The notes under the pieces: generated by a model
The model's database searches: none
The model's input: the letters and a program-made list of their open reading frames with translations, nothing else
What the model was told of the DNA's origin: nothing
NCBI GenBank assembly: GCA_002269645.1
Contig: NIVC01000475.1
Location: 62,001-126,000, forward strand
Reading direction: 5' to 3'
Length of the DNA stretch: 64,000 bases
Origin: Macrostomum lignano
Taxonomy: Eukaryota
Position numbers and translations under genes: made by a program
Shown here: one piece after another, positions 47,046-61,754 of the stretch
Layout: each line of letters starts with the position of its first letter
How positions within the stretch are numbered: the stretch's first letter is position 1

Positions 47046-47989
47046 AGCATTGAAATTTCAGTAATTCTCTCTAAGAGTCTATAGCACTACTACAGCATTA
47101 TAGCGATTCCCTACAAGCCTCGACATCGTAGGGATTCCCAAATGAATCTCTTAACTTTGACATGAAGCTTCTTTTTTTTACATTACGCTTTTTCTATCAG
47201 CAATCCCTCCCATGAGGAGCCAACAAATAATGTAATGTAGCTTCTGATGTAGCTTCTGACATTAGCCTTGACATCTCATTTATTCCCCCGTGAGCCTTGA
47301 CATCTCAGCTATAGATAGATAGATAGATAGATTCCCCTCGTAAGCCTTGACATGTCAGTGATGCCTCCCATAAACCTTGAAATCTAAAAAATCCCCTATT
47401 AACCTTGAAACGCACTAAAATCTAACCCTCAACCCACACCTGACGTAAACCTAACTTTCACCCAACCTAAAGCCTTGAAATCACAGCAATTCTTCTTCCC
47501 TAAGCCTTGGCATTTAAGTGATTCCTTCTTTAAGAATCACAGCACTATAACGATTCCCTCCAAGCTTTGACATCGTAGCAATTCCCAAATGAATCTTTTA
47601 ACTTTGACATGACTTTTATTTTATGTATACATAGTGCTCCTTTTATTTTTACATGACTCTTCTTCTACCAGCGCCCCCCCCCACCGTGGCAAGCCAACAA
47701 AGAATGCAATAAAAAAACTTAAGTAAAGTACATGTACTTTGAAGTAGCTTCTGACTTTTGCTTTAACATCTCAGAAACCCCCTGTAATCTCAGTTATTCT
47801 CTGTGAGCCTTGACATCTCAGTGATTCTCCCCAGCACAGCACTATAGCTTCATTTAATTTTTATGACACTTGTTTCATGTCTGACATGACGCTTCTTTTG
47901 ATTTTTACGTTACGCTTCTTTTATTCTTCCATGATGCTTCTTAATTTTTTAAATGACACACTTTCATTAGTTTTTATATGAGGCTTCTA

Positions 47990-48480
47990 TGATTTTTTCA
48001 TGACGCTTCTATGTTAACATGACGCTTCTATGCTTGTTTACATGACGCTTTTATGATTGTTTACATGACGCTTCTATGATTGTTTACATGACGCTTGTAT
48101 GATTGTTTATATGACGCTTCTATGATTTTTACATGACGCTTCTATGATTTTTACATGACGCTTCTATGATTTTTTCATGACGCTTCTATGATTTTTACAT
48201 GACGCTTCTATGATTTTTACATGACGCTTCTATGATTTTTTACATGACGCTTCTATGATTTTTTACATGACGCTTCTATGATTGTTTACATGACGCTTCT
48301 ATGATTGTTTACATGACGCTTTTATGATTGTTTACATGACGCTTCTATGATTTTTACATGACGCTTCTATGATTTTTACATGACGCTTCTATGATTGTTT
48401 ACATGACGCTTGTATGATTGTTTACATGGCGCTTCTATGATTTTTTATGACGCTTTTATGATTTTAACATGACGCTTCCA
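47990..48480. repeat. 21-23 bp satellite ACATGACGCTTCTATGATTTTT (copy at about 56950-57450)
   Basis: Tandem units. Confidence 0.95.
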
Positions 48481-48939
48481 TAATTTTTTTTGTCTTGGCG
48501 TTAAAAAGCTTTAATTAAAAAAACTCTACTCTCTAAAAATTCGAACCATCGTCCCTGCATTTAGCAGTTTAGTCTGTTTACCTCTAGGCTAGCTCTCATG
48601 AATTTTAGTCATTACCCCTAAATAGAAAATATTCCAAAGACAGCAAGCATCCCCCCAGTAGCAAGCATCCCCTAGTACTCCTAGCAAGCATCCACCCAGA
48701 TAGCAAGCATCTGCAGATAGCAAGCATCTGCAGATAGCAAGCATCTGCAGATAGCAAGCATCTGCAGATAGCAAGCATCTGCAGATAGCAAGCATCTTGC
48801 AGATAGCAAGCATCTTGCAGATAGCAAGCATACCCCAAATAATGTAGAAGCATCCTTCCAGATAGCAAGCATCCTGCACATAGCAAGAATCCCTAAATAG
48901 CAAGCATCCCTGGATAGAAATAATCCTATACATGTAGCC

Positions 48940-50280
48940 AAGCTTATCAAGCGCAGTAATCCTTGGCTATTGAGTGCAGTAATCCTTGGTTTATTAATAG
49001 CAATAATCCATGGCTTATCGAGTGCAGTAATTCTTGGTTTGCCAAGTGCAGTAAGTAATCCTTGGTTTATTAATAGCAATAATCCATGGCTTATGAGTGC
49101 AGTAATCCTTGGTTTATTAATAGCAATAATCCTTGGCTTATCGAGTGCAGTAATTCATGGTTTATTAATAGCAATAATCCTTGGCTTATCGAGTGCAGTA
49201 ATCCTTGGTTTATTAATAGCAATAATCCTTGGCTTATCGAGTGCAGTAATCCTTGGTTTGCCAAGTGCATAATCCTTGGTTTATTAATAGCAATAATCCT
49301 TGGTTTATCGAGTGCAGTAATCCTTGGTTTATTAATAGCAATAATCCTTGGCTTATCGAGTGCAGTAATCCTTGGTTTATTAATAGCAATAATCCATGGC
49401 TTATCGAGTGCAGTAATCCTTGGTTTGCCAAGAGCAATAGTCCTTGGCTTATCGAGTGCAGTAATCCTTGGTTTGCCAAGAGCAATAGTCCTTGGTTTAT
49501 TGAGTGCAGTAATCCTTGGTTTATTAATAGCAATAGTCCTTGGTTTATTGAGTGCATTAATCCTTGGTTTATTAATAGCAATAATCCTTGGCTTATCGAG
49601 TGCAGTAATCCTTGGTTTGCCAAGTGCAGTAATCCTTGGTTTATTAATAGCAATAATCCTTGGCTTATCGAGTGCAGTAATTCATGGTTTATTAATAGCA
49701 ATAATCCTTGGCTTATCGAGTGCAGTAATCCTTGGTTTATTAATAGCAATAATCCTTGGCTTATCGAGTGCAGTAATCCTTGGTTTGCCAAGTGCATAAT
49801 CCTTGGTTTATTAATAGCAATAATCCTTGGTTTATCGAGTGCAGTAATCCTTGGTTTATTAATAGCAATAATCCTTGGCTTATCGAGTGCAGTAATCCTT
49901 GGTTTATTAATAGCAATAATCCATGGCTTATCGAGTGCAGTAATCCTTGGTTTGCCAAGAGCAATAGTCCTTGGCTTATCGAGTGCAGTAATCCTTGGTT
50001 TGCCAAGAGCAATAGTCCTTGGTTTATTGAGTGCAGTAATCCTTGGTTTATTAATAGCAATAGTCCTTGGTTTATTGAGTGCATTAATCCTTGGTTTATT
50101 AATAGCAATAATCCTTGGCTTATCGAGTGCAGTAATCCTTGGTTTATTAATAGCAATAGTCCTTGGTTTATTGAGTGCAGTAATCCTTGGTTTATTAATA
50201 GCAATAATCCTTGGCTTATCGAGTGCAGTATTCCTTGGTTTGCCAAGAGCAATAATCCTTAGCTTATCGAGTGCAGTAAT
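48940..50280. repeat. 48-bp dimeric variant of the 24-bp satellite (shorter copy at 57915-58730)
   Basis: Alternating TAATAGCAATAATCC / TCGAGTGCAGTAATCC monomers. Confidence 0.9.
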
Positions 50281-52857
50281 CTAAGTGTTTTTATTTAGTT
50301 CTTTAATAAAAGCTTTTAATAAAAAAAATTTACACTACTACTTTTAAACTACTTAGATTCGAACCTAGGTCGCTGCATTAGCAGTCTGGTCTACTCAGCT
50401 CTAGGCTAGCTCTCATTGAAGTTATCAGTGAATTTGTACCACTTATATAATTCAACACTCACACCAAGTCAGGTAGAGTAAAAAGTCACGCGAAGCAGTT
50501 ATGACATAATCAATTTCTTAGGCAAGTCAGTACCAGTGTCTATGAAAGCTAACAATATGGTTACGTAATATAAATTCAGTACTGCACTATACTTTCACAC
50601 TCAAAGCTGTGACGCAATTCAATTAAGTGTCAAATTCAGCCAGTACACAGACGATAAATAAAGTGTATTGTGATGCAATCTATTTCAGAATCAGAATTCA
50701 ACCAGTCAGTTTTTTCTCTAGCATTTTTACAGTGCGTTTCAAGTCGAAATAGCTGCTTGACCTTTGCAAAAAAGCATGTTTTTCGAATATTTAATCCCTT
50801 TAGCATCGAGCAATTTCTTAGCCACGATGCATGTACCGTCACGGAAAAATTTCTGATCGAATGGTGCAAGTTTGAACAAAATCGGTTGAGCCATTTTTGC
50901 TAAAATCGATCACACACACATATACCGACAGACCATTTTTAGTATATGGAAGTCATTCCTTCAATTAAAGCCAACTTAAATAATTAGAGGGTAAAAAAGA
51001 GAAAGGGTTTGGCCTGGAATGAATTGAATTAAATTGAAGACTGAAGTTACAATATACAGTATAATACATATATAAGTATTTCTAAGTCAGTCAATAATAA
51101 AATACATTGTCATTACTATTCTCTTTTCTTTAACTTTTAAGTTACTTTTCTCCAAGTTTGGGCAACACCTTGGCCAAACTGGGGCAATTGGAGGCAAGAT
51201 GGTCCATGGCCAAAATTGTCTATATATATGGGTAAAATAGTCTGGGCAAAATGGTCTGGGGCAAAATGTCCATGGTCAAAATGGTTTATGGGCAAAATGA
51301 CTGGTTACCACCTTGGCACTCAACAGAACAGAATGCATGTAGACTAAGAAAGCAATATATTTAGCTTGCTAAGTTGGCAATATTTCTTAGAATAGCAACA
51401 AAAATAAGTTATTGATAACAGATCAAAACAATAAAAGATAGGCCTAGGCCTAGTAGCAAATTATCATTAGTTGAAAGTTACAATGGCACTAATAAAAATT
51501 ATCAATTGGCTACAATTATTTTGCTAATACATAAATAATTTATCTATAAATAAGCAAATCTTTAAAATCTTTTGGTTTTGCTTTTATGTTAGCATATGCC
51601 TATCACTTACTTAGAATTAAGGAAGCCTATTGCCCAGCTTCGGTATGACATAATTCATAAGAATGCTCCGAATTTAAAACTTTATATTAGGCCAAAATAT
51701 ACATTTATAAAAGTGTGCGCAATGATTTTTTCTGGGGAATACTAGACTATACTAGACACTTTTAGCCAATCAAAAAATGCCATAGTTAAAATTTAAATGC
51801 AGAAACGTTTCCTGGGAATGACAGTTTAAACAATTTGTAATTATGCTAATATTATATCATTTCTTACTACACCTAATTGTTTTAAATGTCCGCAAAAGTG
51901 CTGCAACTGATAAAGATGAACCAGAAGTAAAAACTGGGTGTTTATAGGCCCTAGTTCGTTCTCATTCTCATTCTCGTTTCTAGTAAATCACTCTCAAAGT
52001 GCGTGATATCAGGTCTTGCGACGGGGGCTCGCCTTAGACAAGGGTCAAGGTGGTTTCCATTAATTTATTTCCACACAGCTGATTTTTATTCTAGTTTGCA
52101 TCAAAACTTGGAACCTATGGACCTATTATAGTTGTTTTTTTCAAACAGAATCCAAGTTTTTGTTGCAAATGGCACCGTGACATGGCTGCCCCGTGACATG
52201 ACAATCTACAATGTAGGTTCAACAGTTGATGTTGAAGATCGTTTCGACTGCTGCTAGTTCGTCTTCCACTCCTTCATTTACAAAAATACAATACAATATC
52301 GATAATCATTTTGTCTGTCACAAAATATTACATATGACATTGTTAGTAGGCCATATTATATTAATTATAAAATTTAAAGGAAATAGGGCCTATCTGTATC
52401 TTCAGCTGCTGTCATAATTTTTGAGATAGGGCCTAGTGATAGGATAGGCCTGGGATATTAAGATGACAATCAAAATCTTCATCTTGATGCTTTGAATTCC
52501 TAGGTCTAGGATCCCATTGTATAGGCCTAATTTATAAACCCTGGGATCCTAAGATAGAAAAAATATAGTCTTTAAATTTAACAATCATAGGGCCAGGTCT
52601 AGTTTAGGAATAAATTTAGATCACTTTTAGGAAATTTTTAGGAGAATTTGAATTTGAACTGAATTTTTAGGAGATCAGTATAGTAAAATTTATTAAAGCT
52701 TAGTAAAGTTATCACTAGTTCTAATTCAAAACCATACAAACCATTTGAAGTAAATGACTATTTTTTAACCATTCCAAATTAGCATGAAAAAATATGATTA
52801 AGAAAAATGTTTAATGTCACTTCAAGCACCATAATATAAATTTATTTCACAATATTC

Positions 52858-53079
52858 CAGGCTGACATATTCAACATTCGTAGGCTAAGCAGCTGCATGC
52901 CATTGTTTAGTGCTGCATATGTGCACTGCGAATCAGCTAAGAAGGTAAGTCATTAACAGGTGCCTAATTGCTCAATTATCCTTATTGAATTTTTAGCTGA
53001 TTGTGTTTCTCAACTTCTCATATTTTAGTTCTCAACAAAGCGAGCAGATCGAGAAAACTTGGAGTATGTTTTTCAGAAG
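52858..53079 (+). pseudogene. Duplicated exons 1-2 of the SLC25A12/13-like gene (truncated; ATG replaced by CAG)
   Basis: Matches 61755-61976. It is followed by the intron satellite and the duplication junction instead of exon 3. Confidence 0.75.
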
Positions 53080-53129
53080 GTAATGCTGGGTCTTTGCAAT
53101 ATTTTTATGATCTTTTCAATTCACATAGC

Positions 53130-53812
53130 TTGTCAGAATCTGCCCTCAGCTGTCCCTAAGGATATTGTCAGAATCTGCCCTCAGCTGTCCCTGAGAATCT
53201 TGTCAGAATCTGCCTTCAGCTGTCCCTGAGAATCTTGTCAGAATCTGCCCTCAGCTGTCGGTGAGAATCTTGTCAGAATCTGCCCTCAGCTGTCCCTGAG
53301 AATCTTGTCAGAATCTGCCCTCAGCTGTCGGTGAGAATCTTGTCAGAATCTGCCCTCAGCTGTCCCTGAGAATCTTGTCAGAATCTGCCCTCAGCTGTCG
53401 GTGAGAATCTTGTCAGAATCTGTCCTCAGCTGTCGGTGAGAATCTTGTCAGAATCTGCCCTCAGCTGTCGGTGAGAATCTTGTCAGAATCTGCCCTCAGC
53501 TGTCGGAGAGAATCTTGTCAGAATCTGCCCTCAGCTGTCGGTGAGAATCTTGTCAGAATCTGCCCTCAGCTGTCCCTGAGAATCTTGTCAGAATCTGCCC
53601 TCAGCTGTCGGTGAGAATCTTGTCAGAATCTGCCCTCAGCTGTCGGTGAGAATCTTGTCAGAATCTGCCCTTAGCTGTCGGTGAGAATCTTGTCAGAATC
53701 TGCCCTCAGCTGTCGGAGAGAATCTTGTCAGAATCTGCCCTCAGCTGTCGGTGAGAATCTTGTCAGAATCTGCCCTCAGCTGTCGGAGAGAATCTTGTCA
53801 GAATCTGCCCTC
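53130..53812. repeat. 35-bp satellite GTCAGAATCTGCCCTCAGCTGTCGGTGAGAATCTT
   Basis: Tandem units; duplicate of the intron array at 62028. Confidence 0.95.
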
Positions 53813-56800
53813 AAGCTTAGACAGTTCAGTAATAAGCTTCTCAGCTAGTGCAATAATCCTTGGTTTATTAATAGCAATAATCCTTGATTAATCAAGTGCA
53901 ATAATCCTTGGTTCATCAAGTGCAATAATCCTTGGTTTATCAAGTGCAGTAATCTTTGGCTTATCAAGTGCAATAATCCTTGGTTTATCAAGTGCAATAA
54001 TCCTTTGTTTATCAAGTGCAATAATCCTTGGTTTATCAAGTGCAATAATCCTTGGTTTATCAAGTGCAATAATCCTTGGTTTATCAAGTGCAATAATCCT
54101 TGGCTTATCAACTGCAATAATCCTTGGTTTATCAAGTGCAATAATCCTTGATTTATCAAGTGCAATAATCCTTGGTTTATTAAATGCAATAATCCTTGGT
54201 TTATCAAGTGCAATAATCCTTGGTTTATCAAGTGCAATAATCCTTGGATTATCAAGTGCAATAATCCTTGGCTTATCAACTACAATAATCCTTGGTTTAT
54301 CAAGTGCAATAATCCTTGGTTTATCAAGCGCAGTAATCCTTGGCCTATCAAGTGCAACAATCCTTGGCTTATCAAGTGCAATAATCCTTGGTTTATCAAG
54401 TGCAATAATCCTTGGTTTATCAAGCGCAGTAATCTTTGGCCTATCAAGTGCAATAATCCTTGGTTTATCAAGTGCAGTAATCCTTGGCCTATCAAGTGCA
54501 ATAATCCTTGGTTTATCAAGTGCAATAGTCCTTGGTTTATCGAGTGCAGTAATCCTTAGTTTTCCAAGTGCAGTAATCCTTGGTTTATTAAGAGCAATAA
54601 TCCTTGGCTTATCGAGTGCAGCAGTCCTTGGTTTATTAATAGCAATAATCCTTGAATAATCCAGTGCATTAATCCTTGGCTTATCAAGTGCAACATTCTT
54701 TACTATCAAGTGCAATAATCCATGGCTTATCAAGCGCTGTAATCCTTGGCTTATCAAGTGCAATAATCCTTGGTTTATCAAGTGCAATAATCCTTGGTTT
54801 ATCAAGTGCAATAGTCCTTGGTTTATCGAGTGCAGTAATCCTTTGTTTTCCAAGTGCAGTAATCCTTGGTTTATTAAGAGCAATAATCCTTGGCTTATCG
54901 AGTGCAGTAGTCCTTGGTTTATTAAGAGCAATAATCCTTGGCTTATCGAGTGCAGTAATCTAAGTGTTTTTATTTAGTCCTTTAATAAAAGCTTTTAATA
55001 AAAAATTTTACACTACTACTTTTAAACTACTTAGATTCGAACCTAGGTCGCTGCATTAGCAGTCTGGTCTGTTCAGCTCTAGGCTAGCTCTCATTGAAGT
55101 TATCAGTGATGTTGTACCACTTATATAATTCAACACTCACACCAAGTCAGGTAGAGTAAAAAGTCACACGAAGCAGTTATGACATAATCAATTTCTTAGG
55201 CAAGTCAGTACCAGTGTCTATGAAAGTTTACAATATGGTTACGTAATATAAATTCAGTACTGCGCTATGCTTTCACACTCAAAGCTGTGACGCAATTCAA
55301 TTGAGTGTCAAATTCAGCCAGTACACAGACGATAAATAAAAAGCCTATTGTGATGATTCAATCTATTTCAGAATCAGAATTCAACCAGTCAGTTTTTCTG
55401 CTAGCATTCTTACAATGCATTTCAAGTCGAAAGAGCTGCTTGACCTTTGCAAAAAAGCATGTTTTTCGAATATTTAATCCCTTTAATATTGAGCAATTTC
55501 TTAGCCAAGATGCATGTACAGTCACGGGAAAATTTCTGATCGAACAGTGCTAGTTCGAACAAAATCGGTCCAGCCATTTTTTTCTCTAATCAATCACATA
55601 GACACAGACAGACCATTTTTAGTATATAGGACTAGCAATCTAGCGCCCCCCTTCGGGGTGGCCAATAAGCAAGGGACGAATCCTTTAAAATGAAAAAAAA
55701 TTCTTAGGGAGGGGGCTAGGAATCGAATTCTCATTTTAATTCCAGGCTTATGTACCAATAAAACATGTTTGTGCAGAATTTTATAACAGACATTGAAATT
55801 CAACCATACTTGCCTTCTTTCAGAGCTACTTCTACCAGTATGCTTCAGTACGCTACCAGTACCCTTGTAAGCCTTGACATGTCAGCAATCCCCCCCACAA
55901 GCCTTAACATATCAACTCCCCCCTTGACATCTCAGCGATGCTCCCATAAGTCTTGAAATCTTAAAAAATCTGTCTACTTTCTAACCCTAACCCTAACCCT
56001 AACCCTAACCCTAAAGCATTGAAATTTCAGTAATTCTCTCTAAGAGTCTATAGCACTACTACAGCATTATAGCGATTCCCTACAAGCCTCGACATCGTAG
56101 GGATTCCCAAATGAATCTCTTAACTTTGACATGAAGCTTCTTTTTTTTACATTACGCTTTTTCTATCAGCAATCCCTCCCATGAGGAGCCAACAAATAAT
56201 GTAATGTAGCTTCTGATGTAGCTTCTGACATTAGCCTTGACATCTCATTTATTCCCCCGTGAGCCTTGACATCTCAGCTATAGATAGATAGATAGATAGA
56301 TTCCCCTCGTAAGCCTTGACATGTCAGTGATGCCTCCCATAAACCTTGAAATCTAAAAAATCCCCTATTAACCTTGAAACACACTAAAATCTAACCCTCA
56401 ACCCACACCTGACGTAAACCTAACTTTCACCCAACCTAAAGCCTTGAAATCACAGCAATTCTTCTTCCCTAAGCCTTGGCATTTAAGTGATTCCTTCTTT
56501 AAGAATCACAGCACTATAACGATTCCCTCCAAGCTTTGACATCGTAGCAATTCCCAAATGAATCTTTTAACTTTGACATGACTTTTATTTTATGTATACA
56601 TAGTGCTCCTTTTATTTTTACATGACTCTTCTTCTACCAGCGCCCCCCCCCCCACCGTGGCAAGCCAACAAAGAATGCAATAAAAAAACTTAAGTAAAGT
56701 ACATGTACTTTGAAGTAGCTTCTGACTTTTGCTTTAACATCTCAGAAACCCCCCTGTAATCTCAGTTATTCTCTGTGAGCCTTGACATCTCAGTGATTCT

Positions 56801-59800
56801 CCCCAGCACAGCACTATAGCTTCATTTAATTTTTATGACACTTGTTTCATGTCTGACATGACGCTTCTTTTGATTTTTACGTTACGCTTCTTTTATTCTT
56901 CCATGATGCTTCTTAATTTTTTAAATGACACACTTTCATTAGTTTTTATATGAGGCTTCTATGATTTTTTCATGACGCTTCTATGTTAACATGACGCTTC
57001 TATGCTTGTTTACATGACGCTTTTATGATTGTTTACATGACGCTTCTATGATTGTTTACATGACGCTTGTATGATTGTTTATATGACGCTTCTATGATTT
57101 TTACATGACGCTTCTATGATTTTTACATGACGCTTCTATGATTTTTTCATGACGCTTCTATGATTTTTACATGACGCTTCTATGATTTTTACATGACGCT
57201 TCTATGATTTTTTACATGACGCTTCTATGATTTTTTACATGACGCTTCTATGATTGTTTACATGACGCTTCTATGATTGTTTACATGACGCTTTTATGAT
57301 TGTTTACATGACGCTTCTATGATTTTTACATGACGCTTCTATGATTTTTACATGACGCTTCTATGATTGTTTACATGACGCTTGTATGATTGTTTACATG
57401 GCGCTTCTATGATTTTTTATGACGCTTTTATGATTTTAACATGACGCTTCCATAATTTTTTTTGTCTTGGCGTTAAAAAGCTTTAATTAAAAAAACTCTA
57501 CTCTCTAAAAATTCGAACCATCGTCCCTGCATTTAGCAGTTTAGTCTGTTTACCTCTAGGCTAGCTCTCATGAATTTTAGTCATTACCCCTAAATAGAAA
57601 ATATTCCAAAGACAGCAAGCATCCCCCCAGTAGCAAGCATCCCCTAATACTCCTAGCAAGCATCCACCCAGATAGCAAGCATCTGCAGATAGCAAGCATC
57701 TGCAGATAGCAAGCATCTGCAGATAGCAAGCATCTGCAGATAGCAAGCATCTGCAGATAGCAAGCATCTTGCAGATAGCAAGCATCTTGCAGATAGCAAG
57801 CATACCCCAAATAATGTAGAAGCATCCTTCCAGATAGCAAGCATCCTGCACATAGCAAGAATCCCTAAATAGCAAGCATCCCTGGATAGAAATAATCCTA
57901 TACATGTAGCCAAGCTTATCAAGCGCAGTAATCCTTGGCTATTGAGTGCAGTAATCCTTGGTTTATTAATAGCAATAATCCATGGCTTATCGAGTGCAGT
58001 AATTCTTGGTTTGCCAAGTGCAGTAAGTAATCCTTGGTTTATTAATAGCAATAATCCATGGCTTATGAGTGCAGTAATCCTTGGTTTATTAATAGCAATA
58101 ATCCTTGGCTTATCGAGTGCAGTAATTCATGGTTTATTAATAGCAATAATCCTTGGCTTATCGAGTGCAGTAATCCTTGGTTTATTAATAGCAATAATCC
58201 TTGGCTTATCGAGTGCAGTAATCCTTGGTTTGCCAAGTGCATAATCCTTGGTTTATTAATAGCAATAATCCTTGGTTTATCGAGTGCAGTAATCCTTGGT
58301 TTATTAATAGCAATAATCCTTGGCTTATCGAGTGCAGTAATCCTTGGTTTATTAATAGCAATAATCCATGGCTTATCGAGTGCAGTAATCCTTGGTTTGC
58401 CAAGAGCAATAGTCCTTGGCTTATCGAGTGCAGTAATCCTTGGTTTGCCAAGAGCAATAGTCCTTGGTTTATTGAGTGCAGTAATCCTTGGTTTATTAAT
58501 AGCAATAGTCCTTGGTTTATTGAGTGCATTAATCCTTGGTTTATTAATAGCAATAATCCTTGGCTTATCGAGTGCAGTAATCCTTGGTTTATTAATAGCA
58601 ATAGTCCTTGGTTTATTGAGTGCAGTAATCCTTGGTTTATTAATAGCAATAATCCTTGGCTTATCGAGTGCAGTATTCCTTGGTTTGCCAAGAGCAATAA
58701 TCCTTAGCTTATCGAGTGCAGTAATCTAAGTGTTTTTATTTAGTTCTTTAATAAAAGCTTTTAATAAAAAAAATTTACACTACTACTTTTAAACTACTTA
58801 GATTCGAACCTAGGTCGCTGCATTAGCAGTCTGGTCTACTCAGCTCTAGGCTAGCTCTCATTGAAGTTATCAGTGAATTTGTACCACTTATATAATTCAA
58901 CACTCACACCAAGTCAGGTAGAGTAAAAAGTCACGCGAAGCAGTTATGACATAATCAATTTCTTAGGCAAGTCAGTACCAGTGTCTATGAAAGCTAACAA
59001 TATGGTTACGTAATATAAATTCAGTACTGCACTATACTTTCACACTCAAAGCTGTGACGCAATTCAATTAAGTGTCAAATTCAGCCAGTACACAGACGAT
59101 AAATAAAGTGTATTGTGATGCAATCTATTTCAGAATCAGAATTCAACCAGTCAGTTTTTTCTCTAGCATTTTTACAGTGCGTTTCAAGTCGAAATAGCTG
59201 CTTGACCTTTGCAAAAAAGCATGTTTTTCGAATATTTAATCCCTTTAGCATCGAGCAATTTCTTAGCCACGATGCATGTACCGTCACGGAAAAATTTCTG
59301 ATCGAATGGTGCAAGTTTGAACAAAATCGGTTGAGCCATTTTTGCTAAAATCGATCACACACACATATACCGACAGACCATTTTTAGTATATGGAAGTCA
59401 TTCCTTCAATTAAAGCCAACTTAAATAATTAGAGGGTAAAAAAGAGAAAGGGTTTGGCCTGGAATGAATTGAATTAAATTGAAGACTGAAGTTACAATAT
59501 ACAGTATAATACATATATAAGTATTTCTAAGTCAGTCAATAATAAAATACATTGTCATTACTATTCTCTTTTCTTTAACTTTTAAGTTACTTTTCTCCAA
59601 GTTTGGGCAACACCTTGGCCAAACTGGGGCAATTGGAGGCAAGATGGTCCATGGCCAAAATTGTCTATATATATGGGTAAAATAGTCTGGGCAAAATGGT
59701 CTGGGGCAAAATGTCCATGGTCAAAATGGTTTATGGGCAAAATGACTGGTTACCACCTTGGCACTCAACAGAACAGAATGCATGTAGACTAAGAAAGCAA

Positions 59801-61754
59801 TATATTTAGCTTGCTAAGTTGGCAATATTTCTTAGAATAGCAACAAAAATAAGTTATTGATAACAGATCAAAACAATAAAAGATAGGCCTAGGCCTAGTA
59901 GCAAATTATCATTAGTTGAAAGTTACAATGGCACTAATAAAAATTATCAATTGGCTACAATTATTTTGCTAATACATAAATAATTTATCTATAAATAAGC
60001 AAATCTTTAAAATCTTTTGGTTTTGCTTTTATGTTAGCATATGCCTATCACTTACTTAGAATTAAGGAAGCCTATTGCCCAGCTTCGGTATGACATAATT
60101 CATAAGAATGCTCCGAATTTAAAACTTTATATTAGGCCAAAATATACATTTATAAAAGTGTGCGCAATGATTTTTTCTGGGGAATACTAGACTATACTAG
60201 ACACTTTTAGCCAATCAAAAAATGCCATAGTTAAAATTTAAATGCAGAAACGTTTCCTGGGAATGACAGTTTAAACAATTTGTAATTATGCTAATATTAT
60301 ATCATTTCTTACTACACCTAATTGTTTTAAATGTCCGCAAAAGTGCTGCAACTGATAAAGATGAACCAGAAGTAAAAACTGGGTGTTTATAGGCCCTAGT
60401 TCGTTCTCATTCTCATTCTCGTTTCTAGTAAATCACTCTCAAAGTGCGTGATATCAGGTCTTGCGACGGGGGCTCGCCTTAGACAAGGGTCAAGGTGGTT
60501 TCCATTAATTTATTTCCACACAGCTGATTTTTATTCTAGTTTGCATCAAAACTTGGAACCTATGGACCTATTATAGTTGTTTTTTTTCAAACAGAATCCA
60601 AGTTTTTGTTGCAAATGGCACCGTGACATGGCTGCCCCGTGACATGACAATCTACAATGTAGGTTCAACAGTTGATGTTGAAGATCGTTTCGACTGCTGC
60701 TAGTTCGTCTTCCACTCCTTCATTTACAAAAATACAATACAATATCGATAATCATTTTGTCTGTCACAAAATATTACATATGACATTGTTAGTAGGCCAT
60801 ATTATATTAATTATAAAATTTAAAGGAAATAGGGCCTATCTGTATCTTCAGCTGCTGTCATAATTTTTGAGATAGGGCCTAGTGATAGGATAGGCCTGGG
60901 ATATTAAGATGACAATCAAAATCTTCATCTTGATGCTTTGAATTCCTAGGTCTAGGATCCCATTGTATAGGCCTAATTTATAAACCCTGGGATCCTAAGA
61001 TAGAAAAAATATAGTCTTTAAATTTAACAATCATAGGGCCAGGTCTAGTTTAGGAATAAATTTAGATCACTTTTAGGAAATGAATATTTTTTAGTTTAAA
61101 CCTATTTGATTTAACCTAGGCCTATTAGACATAGAAAATAAATGATTTGGCTTTTGGGTCTCTTCTAATGCACTTTTATTGTATAATTTTTTAGTCTAAA
61201 TTTATAATTTGTTTTAATCTAGATTGACTATAGTATAATAAATTTCAATTGTTTTGCCTTCAAACTGTTTTAGCCATGGATGATATTTTACCCTAGATCA
61301 TTTTATGCATAGTCCATTTCACCCCTAAACCAATTCAACTATTTAGCATTTTGGCCAAAATGGTAATTCTATAATTTAGAAATATAGCTGTATATGTATC
61401 TTTGGATATTTGTCTCATTAAAAATTCTAATAATAGGAAGTTTAATTTTGAGCAAACTGCAAACAAGATGCATCATTAGGTTTGATAGCAATAAAAATGT
61501 ATTTTTAGTTTCCATCAAAAAACAGAACTTCAAGCTCTATATAGTTGCCATGAAAACTAATTTTTAGGAGATCAGTATAGTAAAATTTATTAAAGCTTAG
61601 TAAAGTTATCACTAGTTCTAATTCAAAACCATACAAACCATTTGAAGTAAATGACTATTTTTTAACCATTCCAAATTAGCATGAAAAAATATGATTAAGA
61701 AAAATGTTTAATGTCACTTCAAGCACCATAATATAAATTTATTTCACAATATTC

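Larger units (their letters stand above)
46663..50948 (+). mobile_element. Helitron-like element H2, head-to-tail with H1 (copy at 55631-59393)
   Basis: Same 5' and 3' terminal motifs as H1; junction ...TAGTATATAG G ACTAGCAATC... Confidence 0.55.

Noticed and set aside
51160-51312. GGCAAAATG repeats ending in GACTGGTTACC as a DNA transposon end (copy at about 59610-59755)
   Set aside because: Only one terminus is visible and there is no TSD; cannot be classified.
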